Positions 36,367 through 47,477 are shown, counted from the stretch's first letter. The stretch: DNA of 64,000 nucleotides from an uncultured bacterium (GCA_963721685.1 CAVRJJ010000005.1:39943-103942); one strand, 5' to 3'. Notes: generated from the letters alone by a model not told the origin. Made by a program: numbers and translations.

Positions 36367-37403
36367 CCCAACAAATCCCTTTCAGCCAATCCGGCCGCTA
36401 CCCCATAGCTGGTTGAAATACCCATGAGAGTATTCTGCATATCGGCCGGATAGGAAACTTTCAGCCAGCTGTTGGCTATTTCTACCGGCAAACCGGTGGC
36501 GGTTGAAATATAAGTTGGCATTTCAGGCAATGAGGCCGTTCCGCCCGTTAGCACAATCTTTTCTAGCTTGATCTGAGGATACTGTTCAAGATAGAACTTA
36601 ATAGACTTATCTACCTCGCCCATCAGCTGGTCCATACTTGGCTGGATGGCTTTAAATACCTGCCCTTCCAGTTTGGTTTGGGTCAACCCGAACTTTTTGG
36701 TAAATTGATCGGCCTGCACTTCATCAAGTCCCAGTTTTTGGGCAACGGCGCGAACAAAAATGGTTCCTCCCACGTTCACTGACCGCAGCAGCTTGGGCAC
36801 GTTTGCCTGCACTATTGAGATGTCGCTGGTAAGGCTCCCCACATCAAGCACCAATACCGCTAGATCGTTCGGTTGCACGACTGCCCGGGCAAGAGCCAGG
36901 GCGTTGGGTTCAAGCGCGACGAGCTCCAGCCCCGCTTGCTCGCATAGGCCGACATATTTTTGGGTTACGTGGTTGGGGGCCGCTACCAATAAAACTTCCT
37001 GCTCTTCCGGCGTTTTACCCGGCCCAATTACATACCAGTCGAGTTTTACGTCTTTAACATCCATTGGTACGTACTGGTCGGCTTGTAGCTGAATCGCCTT
37101 TGCCAAATCGCCGTGGCTAAGCTTGGGAGTTGAAATAATAGTGGCAAACACTTTGGTTGAAGGTACGCCCGCTACCACGTACTTTGTGGAGATGTGGGCA
37201 TCCTTTACCAATTGCTTAATGAATCCGGCGGTTTTGGTTACATCAGCCGGGCTATCGCTGGTGGTTAGCCCTGGCGGCAATACTAATTGGCCGTAGGAAG
37301 CCATAACCGGCTTGTTGCCCGAGCGTTTTAGGTGCACGGCCCGCAGGGCATTAGTACCAATGTCCAGGCCGAAATATTCAGGTGTAGAATCTAATAAACC
37401 CAT
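36363..37403 (-). CDS. pilM: Pilus assembly protein PilM
   Basis: GLDIG, LDVG, LTGGTA actin-fold motifs. Confidence 0.93.
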   Translation of the reverse strand: MGLLDSTPEYFGLDIGTNALRAVHLKRSGNKPVMASYGQLVLPPGLTTSDSPADVTKTAGFIKQLVKDAHISTKYVVAGVPSTKVFATIISTPKLSHGDLAKAIQLQADQYVPMDVKDVKLDWYVIGPGKTPEEQEVLLVAAPNHVTQKYVGLCEQAGLELVALEPNALALARAVVQPNDLAVLVLDVGSLTSDISIVQANVPKLLRSVNVGGTIFVRAVAQKLGLDEVQADQFTKKFGLTQTKLEGQVFKAIQPSMDQLMGEVDKSIKFYLEQYPQIKLEKIVLTGGTASLPEMPTYISTATGLPVEIANSWLKVSYPADMQNTLMGISTSYGVAAGLAERDLLG

Positions 37404-37470
37404 ATGACTCTATACTACCATAATGCTTAAGCTTTGTAATAGTATTTTCATTCCCACCTCTTTCGCTATT

Positions 37471-40400
37471 TTAGAACCTTGGCTGCTTTTCCCGGACCAC
37501 TCCGCCGCTTGCTGAATTGAGTAGATTCGTAAACCCTGGCGGAGGCAGCACATAGGCCTGGCCAATCAGCTCTACAATTTCAGCTTCGGAAGCAGTACCG
37601 GATACCCGCTGGTGCGTCCGGGTAAACTGAATTGCCTTACCCATTAAGGCGCCGTTCACCTTTAGCCGGCTTTGTTTGCAGTCTTGGGTGTTATAGCCGT
37701 TCGTCTTTGGATTCTGCAGCGACCGGCCATCACCCAAAGAGCAGGTATTGATTTTGCCTTTCCCGGTTGACGTCCCCACCGCGTAAATAAGGGCGTCGAT
37801 AGTATTAACATCATTTTCAATATAGACATTACCTTCAACTACTATGCCCAAAGACGGTTGTCCTGAAATAAGCGCTGGACTAGGGTCGTTTTGAATATTT
37901 CCGCGAATATAGAGGTCTCCATGGACGTACAGTGTCCATCTTCGGTTTACCGTAAGGTTCTCGATGGATACATCACCAAACTTATTAAACGGCTCAATAA
38001 CGCGGGCAGGGCCGCCGGCAGGATAGCCCAAGTTGTTAACATTTACCCCTCCAGAATTGCTGTTAACAATGTCATTGCCTGGCATAGTGTCATGATACGT
38101 GGGTCCCCGGTCGATATACTTATCAACCTCAGCCTGAACGTCCGGCCGGCACTGGTGCCCGCCCTGGTTCTTAATTCCTATAAGCGAGTTGACATTGGCT
38201 ACGTTCCCGGCGGCGCTCACCACATATTGCCCATAACTTCCGGCGTTCGCGTTGAAGCCCCCGTGCTCAGTAGTTAAACAAATACCCTCGGGGGCGGTTA
38301 AGAAGTTGCCCCCGGCCCGAACACCGCCTTTTTGCACCCCAAAGTAAGGCTTGTTTATCAAACCGCGCTCAACTTCCACCGGGTTGGAGGGCAAGCAAGC
38401 CGGGTTGTGGCCCACCTCCCACATCTTGAGCCAGCAAACCTTGGCTTGGTTCGTGACGCGACCCCCCAAAGGAGTACCGGGCCGGTATTGGACGTGGAAG
38501 GTGTAAGTGCCGTCATTGAAGTAAAGCGGCCAAGAAAGGAAATCCCATCTCAGCCCGCTATTTGCGCAAGCTAGTGGCGGGGTGGTGCCGCTACAACTAG
38601 TAGTGTCAACATCCATACCGGAATGAAGCGCGCTAACGTTAAAATCCTGCCCCCCGTTATTCTGGTCAATCACTTGGTAGGTAATCGGCCCTTTGGCAAC
38701 ATTGGGAGTTACGTTAATGGTGTAGTCGGCTTCATCATATAAGGGGTCGTCGGTGTCGAATTCCGGAATCCCGTTTTCGTCGGCGTCGGAAATACCGCTC
38801 TCAAACTCCGCCTCGGTCATAACACTTTTAGTTACATCAATTATTTCACCGGGAATGGGGTTATAGGTTACGTTGGATGGAACGGCGTTACCAAGCCACC
38901 CATCAACAATGGCGGTAGCAAAGTTCGATACCCCCTGTAACCCCGCGCTCATATCCTCACACTGCAGTATGGGCCCATCGGCACTATAGGCGCCTTGGGC
39001 CGGACTGACGGCGGTAGCACAATAGGGGGGGCCGCTGGGATAGACACCAATGTTTTGCGCATCTTTGGTATACCCATGCCAGTTAATGGTTAAAGAGCTA
39101 TAGGCCGGCATGACATCAAAGTGGACGCGAATGGAGTTAGGAACTGAGCCATTAGTTGGAAAGACCACACAGGAATACTGCGTTTGAAATTCACGAGCGT
39201 AGCCGTAGTTAAAGACTTGGGGGATGTAAGCAGAGATGGCGCAGGTAGCAGGATCGGCAACCACCGTATCAGTTGACCAACCGGCTGGCTTATCCCCAGA
39301 AGCACTATTAGACAGTACAACACTATCTATAACAACGTTATTCCCATCCTGCTTGAGGTTAAGCGGAATTTGATCCTCTATATGAGTACCGAAGAAATTG
39401 CCGTCGCGAATGTTATCAATTGTCATCGAATAGCTTACAAAGCAACCCGGGTTATCGCGATTAGCTTGGCAGTTTGGATGGTTGGCAGGGAGTAATGGCG
39501 TCCCCTCTCCCTGGAGTACTGTTTTGGTAATGACGGGTGGTTGAGCCACCGGTAGGTATTCAAAATCAAATTCGTCATCCTCGACACGGTCGTAGTTCTC
39601 TTGGTTTGATCCGCATTCGTTTTGAGGTTGACCACTATTTCCCAGACAATAGACCTCGGCTACCTGATATTCATATTGGTCAAGTAGGGGGTTCGGAGTA
39701 ACCTTAGGGCTTAAATTTGGTTTTATCAGGGTATAGTCAGTACCTCTATAGCTGAAGGTGTCGGGGGCGCGAATACAAAATCTGTTGCCCACCGCTTCTT
39801 GAAACTCATAGTTACCGTCAGGCTTCGCGAAAATCGTTTTCTGCGGTAGGATCCGCAGCCGCTACAGGTGTGGCCAACATAGAGGGCACCGGCAACCCTC
39901 TCCGGTAGCGAATTCAGGAGAAGATATCACGGTGCCGCTAATGGGCACCGAGGTAACTTCATAGCACAGGATATCGGGGGAACGGTCTTGGGTTCCGGAA
40001 TAGACATTCCCAACTGCCACGTACGTTCGAACACAAACCTTATGGGTTCCGGCAATCCCTTCCCGTATTCTAAAACTAAACCTATAGGTAACCGAGTGCG
40101 GATTGGTCGCGTTGGTGTCGCCTGGTGCAGGCCGCTCCCAATAAATAGACTTTCCCGCCCCGGGGACTAAGTCGGTAAGGTCGGGGTCGCAGCTAAACGC
40201 GTAGGCGGGCGGCGGGCTGCCAAAGGGGTCTGTCTTAGGGCAGTTATTATACGGATTCCGGTAATCTTCAGTATCGGCGGACGCCGCCGTATCGGCTGGC
40301 CCCGGGGCGTTAGAACCATTACGGCCATCGTTGATTTGAGTAACCGGCGTCGCGCTTCCCGCGACGCTTATAGATAGCGGATCGTACATAGTGGTGTCAA

Positions 40401-40653
40401 TATCAATAAGCGCGAAGGTGATAACCTTATTTCCACCTGAAGTACCTTTAGCGGTGTAGGTGGTGGTGAACGATAGCGTTTGACCCGGGGTAACGGGAGT
40501 AGGGAACGCGGAGCTTCCTCCAGCAGGGGTGCTGGGTCCTTCATTCAAGACAATTTCAGCGTCAAACGCGGCTTGCGCCTGTCCAATCCCGAATGTAAGG
40601 CTAGCGCAAAAACTGAAAGCGCCTAGTGCTATTAGGCGGAACACGAGTCTCAT
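37471..40653 (-). CDS. Large secreted beta-rich surface protein/adhesin, interrupted near 39862
   Basis: ORFs 39862-40653 (signal peptide) and 37471-39792 are in the same frame, separated by one TAG; Ig-like and Cys-paired domains. Confidence 0.7.
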
Positions 40654-40844
40654 TCGCCGCGCGTCCAGCTTGTAAATAATGCCAAATTCGTCTTCATCAG
40701 TTGGCTAACGCCACCCTCACCTTAAATGCACTTTTCAGTTTATAAGCATTAGCGTTATTATGCAAGACATAAAGGCCATTGGCCCCCCCAGCAAATGCCG
40801 GGGGGAGCCTGATGGTTGGACGTGCTCACCTGATGACCTGAGCG

Positions 40845-41339
40845 CTACCGCCTGGCTGCCGTCACCTTGATGACCGTGAACGGCTCGCCGGAGCCGGCGG
40901 TGGCCCGCACCCTGCACATACCGTTGGCAGGACCGGGAATTTTCCAGCCGTCATCTCCGTAGTAGGTCGCGGAAACGGTGCTGATTTTCGTGGAATTGGA
41001 GCGCTGCTTGGCACAGCCCAGGACTCTCTGGCCGGGAATGATCTCGGCCAACGAACGACAGATGCGCCATGCGGGGTTCTTCACCTCCCACGACACCCTG
41101 CCGAAGTTGAACTGGGACTCGTTGTCCGGCTCTTTGGTGACACGCAGTTTGATGCGCGTCAAGTCGCCGGAGTTGAGCCCCCTGTCCTTGCCCGGCTGGT
41201 TGTAGTAGACCACCCAGGGACGGGCGCAGCTCGAGCCCTTCTTGGCGGTCGCGGACGACGCGGACGACGAGAGAACAGTCGACCCCAGCATCATGACGAG
41301 AGCCATGAGCGCCAGGGCACTTCCGGGGGTGAGCCTCAT
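40845..41339 (-). CDS. Secreted hypothetical protein, GC-rich orphan
   Basis: GGAGG RBS, signal peptide, four Cys; own promoter and downstream hairpin. Confidence 0.7.
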   Translation of the reverse strand: MRLTPGSALALMALVMMLGSTVLSSSASSATAKKGSSCARPWVVYYNQPGKDRGLNSGDLTRIKLRVTKEPDNESQFNFGRVSWEVKNPAWRICRSLAEIIPGQRVLGCAKQRSNSTKISTVSATYYGDDGWKIPGPANGMCRVRATAGSGEPFTVIKVTAARR

Positions 41340-41419
41340 GGCTCCTCCGTTCGGTAGGATGCGGTTGCATCAGTTTGCACGTAAAGATCGCCCACGAGGG
41401 CGACCCCGTGAGTAATCTG

Positions 41420-41448
41420 ATTATATACTATTTGCTCTTATTTGTAAA
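41420..41448 (-). promoter_or_regulatory. Sigma70-like promoter
   Basis: TTTACA-N17-TATAAT. Confidence 0.6.
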
Positions 41449-41500
41449 CAGTTATGTTGGGCGGCAATTGCTTGCTGTCATTGGGCATAACTGTCTTATG

Positions 41501-42910
41501 TTACGGGCAGTCGCGCGTATATTGAAGCGCTTTATAAAGGTTAAGCCGGCCGGCACCAATTCCCCTGCTGGCAGGGCCATCGGCGGTTGCTTTTAGGATC
41601 GCTTCGACGCGGTCAGGAGTTAAGCTTGGCTTCATCGCGAGCATCAGAGCCACCGCTCCTGAAACAATCGGAGTTGACCCCGAGGTTCCGGCAAACCCAC
41701 CATAGGAACTGCCCCTTTGGGTTGTATATTGCTCGTAAGGAGCGGATATATCGGCAAAAGGGCCGCTCGCGCCGTAATTAGACCTGTCTGCGCGCTTGGC
41801 AGGAGATTCGCCCACAGCCGTGCCACCGGACGCGATAGCAGGACCATATGAGGCGGGCGCGTGAATTGCGTTGTTGCCTCCATTGCCCACAGCCGCTACG
41901 ACAATTACATTATTGGCTGTGGCAAAATCAATCGCTTCTTTAGAATACGTATCTACACAATCCGTGCCCACGGGACACAAGCGTCCGGCACTGTAGTTAA
42001 TGACTCGGACACCGCGGCTAACCGCATAACGAACGCCTTGGGCAAAAGCCAGAGTACTCCCCGCATTATTGGCTGCCATCACTTTTACCGACAATATCCT
42101 TGAGTTCCAGCTTATTCCAGCAATTCCCGCGCTATTATTGGTAGCCGCCGCCGCTAACCCGGCAACAGCGGTCCCGTGGTCATTATCGTCTTCAGCGCCG
42201 TTGGCATCGTTTGCCGTAGCTGAACCATTAATGAAATCCATGCCGTAATAATCATCAATATATCCGTTTGCGTCTTCATCGGCACCATTCCCTGGAGCAT
42301 CTCCGCCATTTACAAGAATTTTACTGGAAAGGTCAGGATGGTTGCTTTGTACGCCGGTATCAAGGATGGCGATATCGACCCCGCTAGTATTAACCGCCCA
42401 GCCCTCAGGAGCCGAAATATCGAGCAAATATGATTGCTGGCTAGCTTTAACTTCCGGATCATTTGGAGCATTCCTAGGCTGAGCCGATCCTGTGGTAACA
42501 TGGTTCACCTCGGCGTACTCGACTCCCGGCTTTTTCTTGGCTTCAACCGCGGCCTCATTCAAATCTTTACCCTCGGGAACCGTTAATATATAGGTTTGAG
42601 GCATATTTGACACTGCTTTTAAGTCGGCGCCAAAGGAGGAGACCGTGGTTTGATCGGTTATTTTTAAGATTAATTGGCGAGCGATTACTTTGGTATATAA
42701 ACCATCCGATTGCTTGTAGTCTTCTGTTGGCTCATTTCCCACCTTGGTTATATCTGCCATAGCCTCATCGGCATACTTTTTAGTCGCAGCTTCCGGCTTG
42801 CTCTTAGAGTTCGTGCCTTGTTGGGAACTGACATACCAATATCCAGCCAAGCCAGCAGCCAACACCACAATGCTACAGATTACAGCGGTTAGAACTTTGC
42901 TACGAGACAT
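41501..42910 (-). CDS. Membrane-anchored S8 (subtilisin-like) serine protease
   Basis: AILDTG, HGTAVAG, GTSGSTP catalytic triad; pro-domain. Confidence 0.95.
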   Translation of the reverse strand: MSRSKVLTAVICSIVVLAAGLAGYWYVSSQQGTNSKSKPEAATKKYADEAMADITKVGNEPTEDYKQSDGLYTKVIARQLILKITDQTTVSSFGADLKAVSNMPQTYILTVPEGKDLNEAAVEAKKKPGVEYAEVNHVTTGSAQPRNAPNDPEVKASQQSYLLDISAPEGWAVNTSGVDIAILDTGVQSNHPDLSSKILVNGGDAPGNGADEDANGYIDDYYGMDFINGSATANDANGAEDDNDHGTAVAGLAAAATNNSAGIAGISWNSRILSVKVMAANNAGSTLAFAQGVRYAVSRGVRVINYSAGRLCPVGTDCVDTYSKEAIDFATANNVIVVAAVGNGGNNAIHAPASYGPAIASGGTAVGESPAKRADRSNYGASGPFADISAPYEQYTTQRGSSYGGFAGTSGSTPIVSGAVALMLAMKPSLTPDRVEAILKATADGPASRGIGAGRLNLYKALQYTRDCP

Positions 42911-43610
42911 GCGCGGACTCCTTATTGAGGCAACCGGAGGGGTTTGAGACTTGAGTAATAACGTTAGCAGGAATCAGAGGATTAATGACGGGCACAAAAG
43001 CGGTGCCGCACGGGGTATTGGTATTGGCGTTAGGTGAGGTGGGCAGACCGCCGGTTCCCCCTGATGGAGGGGTTGGGTTCGGAAGGGCTCGCGCGGGCTG
43101 TAGGCTACCTTCACGCTCAAGGGAAAGCTCCACCCGGGTAGTCTGGTTTCTGCGCACAGCAAAGCTCCCTCCCCTGCTCGACTGCTTATTTACGCCAGCC
43201 TTAAACTTACTTTTTTGCGACATTTGGTACCCTGCACGTTCAGCCCGGATAACCGTATACTTTAGGTATTTCCGGTTTGGTTTGCTGTATACTCCGGCCT
43301 CACAGCCTACAAACTTTGTCGTCCCATGAACAGAAGGCCCGGCACTGGCCGGTGCGGTTTGCCTGGTAGGGTCATCGCATTCATACGGCGCGCCAACACT
43401 ATTAACTTGTACGACTACGTTTCCTAAGCGCTCCTTAATGCCGCCCGTCACATCATAGGTAGTTACCAAAATAGACCCTTTTGGCAGCGGCGTGGCGGCG
43501 TAGACAATACCGCCAATGCCTATAATAACCGCGACGGTGACTGCCACGCATGCAACAATAAAGCGCTTTGAGTTACTGCCGGAAGATGTGGTATTAGAGT
43601 TGTCCATCAA
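42900..43610 (-). CDS. Surface protein paralog 1 (shared N-terminal domain, short tail)
   Basis: ATPLP.GSI.V.TYDVTGGIKE...SLEREG domain shared with the next two genes. Confidence 0.8.
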   Translation of the reverse strand: MMDNSNTTSSGSNSKRFIVACVAVTVAVIIGIGGIVYAATPLPKGSILVTTYDVTGGIKERLGNVVVQVNSVGAPYECDDPTRQTAPASAGPSVHGTTKFVGCEAGVYSKPNRKYLKYTVIRAERAGYQMSQKSKFKAGVNKQSSRGGSFAVRRNQTTRVELSLEREGSLQPARALPNPTPPSGGTGGLPTSPNANTNTPCGTAFVPVINPLIPANVITQVSNPSGCLNKESAHVS

Positions 43611-43688
43611 AATACTTCTTATGCTTGAGTATAGAATGAAAGAAATGCGTTGTCAAAAAAAACGCAAGAGCAAAATCGCTCCTACTAC

Positions 43689-44966
43689 CTAAGGGCGTGA
43701 ATTAGGATGGCGTCCGTAGATCGCGTCATTGGTAGGCCAGCCCACAATGCAGTCGCGGTTAATAAAGCCCCAGCCATAAGCGCTCCGGTCGTCTTCCCTG
43801 TCGCCCACCACGGCCGCGGCTTTACCATCAAGGGTCGTAAACCGATAACGGATAGCGTCTGGCAAGGTTAAGTCTATCGTGCCCACAGGGTCGCTGAAGC
43901 TGCCCTGGGTATAGTCATTGCCTGAGAAATAGTTCTTATAGAGTTTGGCATCTGTACAAGCCGGGTTCATGTCCTGGGGGAACAAGGTTATGGGTCCGTT
44001 GCATGCAGCTGTGCCGTCATGGTCGCAGTTAAACTGGGTTCCAAATGACTTTCGAATGCTATTTGCAGCAGGGCTGTCCGCCTCTACATAGGAAAGAAAC
44101 GGATGGTTGCTGCATTCGTTGCTATAAGCCTTTAAGGTGTTTGTGCTCACCGTGCCTGGCTCGAGCCATCCGCAGCCCACCTTTGTGCCGTCCGGACGGC
44201 GAATCAGTCCAAACATGTACCCATTGGCGCTCTCGGTGCCATATTGGCTGTCCGGAGAAGGTGAATTCAACCTTACGAGATCAACCGACCATCCGACGAG
44301 AACCGAACCCAAGAAGTAAGAGTTAGGTTGGTTTGAAATCCAGGCGGGATCGGGGTTTGACAGACCATAGCGGGATACGTGTCTGGTTTGGGAAAAAACA
44401 ATATTACCTTTATTCACACCTTCGCCGCTGGTGGGAGGCGTTGGTGCAACCCGAGCTTGCTGTGGAGTCCCCTCTCTTTCCAATGAAATTTCCACTTTGG
44501 TGGTTCGGTCTTTACGGACCGCGAAACTGCCGCCGCGGCTGGAAGCCTTATTGGCGCCAACCTTAAACTTGCTCTTCTGCGAAACCTGGTAGCCGTCCCG
44601 GGTGGCTTTAATAATCGTGTACTTTAAATACTTTCGGTTTGGCTTGCTATACACGGCTGATTCGCAGTTAACATACTTTACGTAACCATGGTTGGGTCCG
44701 GCGGATTCAGGAGGCGTTGTTTTAATCGGGTCATTGCATTCATACGGGGCTGAAACACTATTTACTTGAACTTCTACGTTCCCTAAAGGCTCTTTAATGC
44801 CGCCGGTTACATCATAGGTGCGGACTTCAATTGAACCTGTCGGCAGTGGAGTTGCGGCGTAAACGCTCCCCGCCAGTACTACTATGGCGGCGGCAACCAG
44901 CGTAACCCTGCCTTTGACGGACTGGGGGAAGTGGGGTTTGGATAGTTTTATTGCTGGGAGTTTCAT
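43689..44966 (-). CDS. Surface protein paralog 2 (shared domain plus Cys-containing C-terminal domain)
   Basis: ATG at 44966 follows a TTGACA-N17-TATACT promoter; TM/signal segment, shared domain, Pro/Thr linker. Confidence 0.8.
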   Translation of the reverse strand: MKLPAIKLSKPHFPQSVKGRVTLVAAAIVVLAGSVYAATPLPTGSIEVRTYDVTGGIKEPLGNVEVQVNSVSAPYECNDPIKTTPPESAGPNHGYVKYVNCESAVYSKPNRKYLKYTIIKATRDGYQVSQKSKFKVGANKASSRGGSFAVRKDRTTKVEISLEREGTPQQARVAPTPPTSGEGVNKGNIVFSQTRHVSRYGLSNPDPAWISNQPNSYFLGSVLVGWSVDLVRLNSPSPDSQYGTESANGYMFGLIRRPDGTKVGCGWLEPGTVSTNTLKAYSNECSNHPFLSYVEADSPAANSIRKSFGTQFNCDHDGTAACNGPITLFPQDMNPACTDAKLYKNYFSGNDYTQGSFSDPVGTIDLTLPDAIRYRFTTLDGKAAAVVGDREDDRSAYGWGFINRDCIVGWPTNDAIYGRHPNSRP

Positions 44967-46368
44967 AATACTTCTTATGCTTGAGTATATAGCGGACAAT
45001 AAAGTGTGTCAAAGCGACTTTTTACGCTGACGGCGGCGGGTACTTAACATTGGGGTATCTCACTTCATAGTATTCTTTGTCAGTTGGATTGCCAATTATG
45101 CAATCCCGACTAATAAACCCCCACCCATAGGTAGCAGCTCCGGCAACCACTGCCGCTCTCTCGTCATAGGTAGTAAAGCGATACCGCAATGAGTCTGACG
45201 TCCTTAAATCCACTTGGAACGGGTTGCCCGAGCTATCCAAAACAGGGTCACGGAATCTTCCTGATTTGTAGTTATTCATATAATAATTCCTATACAATGT
45301 AGGGTCAGCGCATCCGGGATTCATATCCTGAGGATCTAATGTTATGGGGCTATTGCACTTATTTGGTATGCTGCCTCTAATAACATCCCCCTTGTCACAA
45401 TTGAAATGTTTACCATAGTGTACTCTCATACCATTAATCTGTTCGTCTGCCTGCTGAGGCTCCCGAAATGGGTGCGTACTGCATATATTGGTGTAGGCCC
45501 TCAAAGGACCTTGAACCGTATTCGGCTCAAGCCATGCGCAACCTATTTCGGTTCCATCATCTCGCCGAATTAAGCCAAACATATATTCATCCTTCGGAGT
45601 AGTGAGGCCGCCAGACCGTAACGTTACCAATTCGACTTTCCATCCGGGCTTAACCGAACCTAAGTAATAAGAATTTGTGTAATTGGACATCCACATGTCA
45701 TCAGGCTGTGCCAGCGGATATTTGTAAGAATGATGGGTTTGGGCAAAAATAATAGTATTCCCCTTGTTGGTACTTCCGCCGCTCGTTGGAGGCGTGGGCG
45801 CAACCCGAGCTTGCTGAGCCGCCCCCTCTCTTTCCAATGAAATTTCCACTTTGGTGGTTCGGTCTTTACGGACCGCGAAACTACCGCCGCGGCTGGAAGC
45901 CTTATTGGCGCCAACCTTAAATTTGCTTTTCTGCGAAACCTGGTAGCCATCTCGTATGGCCTTGACGACCGTGTACTTTAGATATTTTCGGTTCGGTTTG
46001 CTGTACACGGCCGATTCGCAGTTCACAAATTTTACGTAGCCATGGTTGGATCCGGCGGATTCAGGAGGCGTTATTTTAATCGGGTCATTGCATTCATACG
46101 GGGCTGAAACACTATTTACTTGAACTTCTACGTTCCCTAAAGGCTCTTTAATGCCGCCGGTTACATCATAGGTGCGGACTTCAATTGAACCTGTCGGCAG
46201 TGGAGTTGCGGCGTAAACGCTCCCCGCCAGTACTACTATGGCGGCGGCAACCAGCGTAACCCTGCCTTTGACGGACTGGGGGAAGTGGGGTTTGGATAGT
46301 TTTATCTGCTGGGAGTTTCATGATACTTCTTATGCTTGAGTATATAGCGGACAATAAAGTGTGTCAAA
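44424..46368. repeat. ~590-bp direct repeat (44424-45014 and 45778-46368) covering promoter and constant domain
   Basis: Direct comparison; nearly identical over the promoter-proximal ~310 bp, mostly synonymous changes elsewhere. Confidence 0.92.
45022..46321 (-). CDS. Surface protein paralog 3, one-base insertion near 46306
   Basis: 5' half nearly identical to paralog 2 apart from one extra base; divergent but homologous C-terminal domain. Confidence 0.75.
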
Positions 46369-46418
46369 AATTCCCTTAGCTAACCTTATACTTAGTAATA
46401 TTTATGTTAGACTAAGGT

Positions 46419-47477
46419 ATGAAAATTGCGATTGTAGGATTACCAAATGTTGGTAAATCTACCCTCTTTAACGCCCTCACTAAAAATAATGTCTTAGCCG
46501 CAAACTATCCTTTCGCCACGATTGAGCCTAATGTGGGGATCGTGCCGGTAGCCGACGACCGTTTGCCAAAACTGGCTTCGCTGTATGATGCTAAGAAAAT
46601 TATTCCGGCTACCGTAACCTTTGTTGATATCGCGGGCTTAGTTAAGGGCGCCAGCGAAGGCCAGGGCTTAGGCAACCAGTTTTTAGCCAATATCCGCGAA
46701 TGCGACGCGATCTGCCAAGTGGTACGGGCATTTTCCGACGATAACGTAGCCCATGTAAGCGAGAAAGTTGACCCACTCGATGACATCCTGACCATTAACA
46801 CCGAGCTGATGCTGGCCGACCTCCAAACTATTGATAAGCGCTTGGGCAAAATGAAAAAAGATGCTAGCCAGAAAGCCTTGGTTGCGGAGCTGGAAAAAGC
46901 GCGCGCTATTCTAGATAAAGGGGAGTTGCTAGGCAGCCATCCTGAGCTTGATATTGAAATATTAGGCGAGCTCCAACTCATGACGCTTAAGCCCTTTCTT
47001 TTTGCTTTTAATTTGGATGAAGATCAGTTAAGCGACGCTGAGCGTAAGCAACAACTGGCCACATTGGTATCCCCCTCCCCTAGTGTTTTTCTGTGCGCTA
47101 AAGTTGAAGCCGAGTTAAGCAGTTTGCCGGAAGCCGAGGCGGCTGAGCTCTTGCGTGAAATTGGCCAACTTGAGCCCGGGCTGGTGGCTTTAGCCCGAGA
47201 GGCCCAGCGCGCCTTGCAATTACAAAGCTACTTAACCGCCGGCCCCCAGGAAGTGCGCGCCTGGACTATTCCAATTGGCACAAAAGCGCCGCAAGCGGCC
47301 GGTGTTATCCATACCGATTTTGAAAAAGGCTTTATTAAAGCCGAAGTAGTAAGTTATGAAGATCTTATTAGTGCCGGATCGCTTGCCGCGGCCCGCGCGG
47401 CCGGCAAAGCCCGGTTGGAAGGCAAAGATTATGTGATGAAACCGGATGATGTGGTGGAATTCAGGGTTAACACATAA
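46419..47477 (+). CDS. ychF: Redox-regulated ATPase YchF
   Basis: GLPNVGKSTLFNALT, ANYPFATIEPN, DIAGLV, TGS domain. Confidence 0.98.
   Translation: MKIAIVGLPNVGKSTLFNALTKNNVLAANYPFATIEPNVGIVPVADDRLPKLASLYDAKKIIPATVTFVDIAGLVKGASEGQGLGNQFLANIRECDAICQVVRAFSDDNVAHVSEKVDPLDDILTINTELMLADLQTIDKRLGKMKKDASQKALVAELEKARAILDKGELLGSHPELDIEILGELQLMTLKPFLFAFNLDEDQLSDAERKQQLATLVSPSPSVFLCAKVEAELSSLPEAEAAELLREIGQLEPGLVALAREAQRALQLQSYLTAGPQEVRAWTIPIGTKAPQAAGVIHTDFEKGFIKAEVVSYEDLISAGSLAAARAAGKARLEGKDYVMKPDDVVEFRVNT

Noticed and set aside
39860-39865. TAG recoding (in-frame TAG CGG here and near 7905)
   Set aside because: Many clear genes in the window end in TAG (e.g. pyrB, rpsO, ftsK context), and local indels explain both cases.
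40821-40844. Hammerhead ribozyme core CTGATGA
   Set aside because: No correctly placed GAAA or stem II/III.
42900-46368. Diversity-generating retroelement acting on the paralogs
   Set aside because: No reverse transcriptase in the window, and differences are not adenine-specific TR/VR changes.
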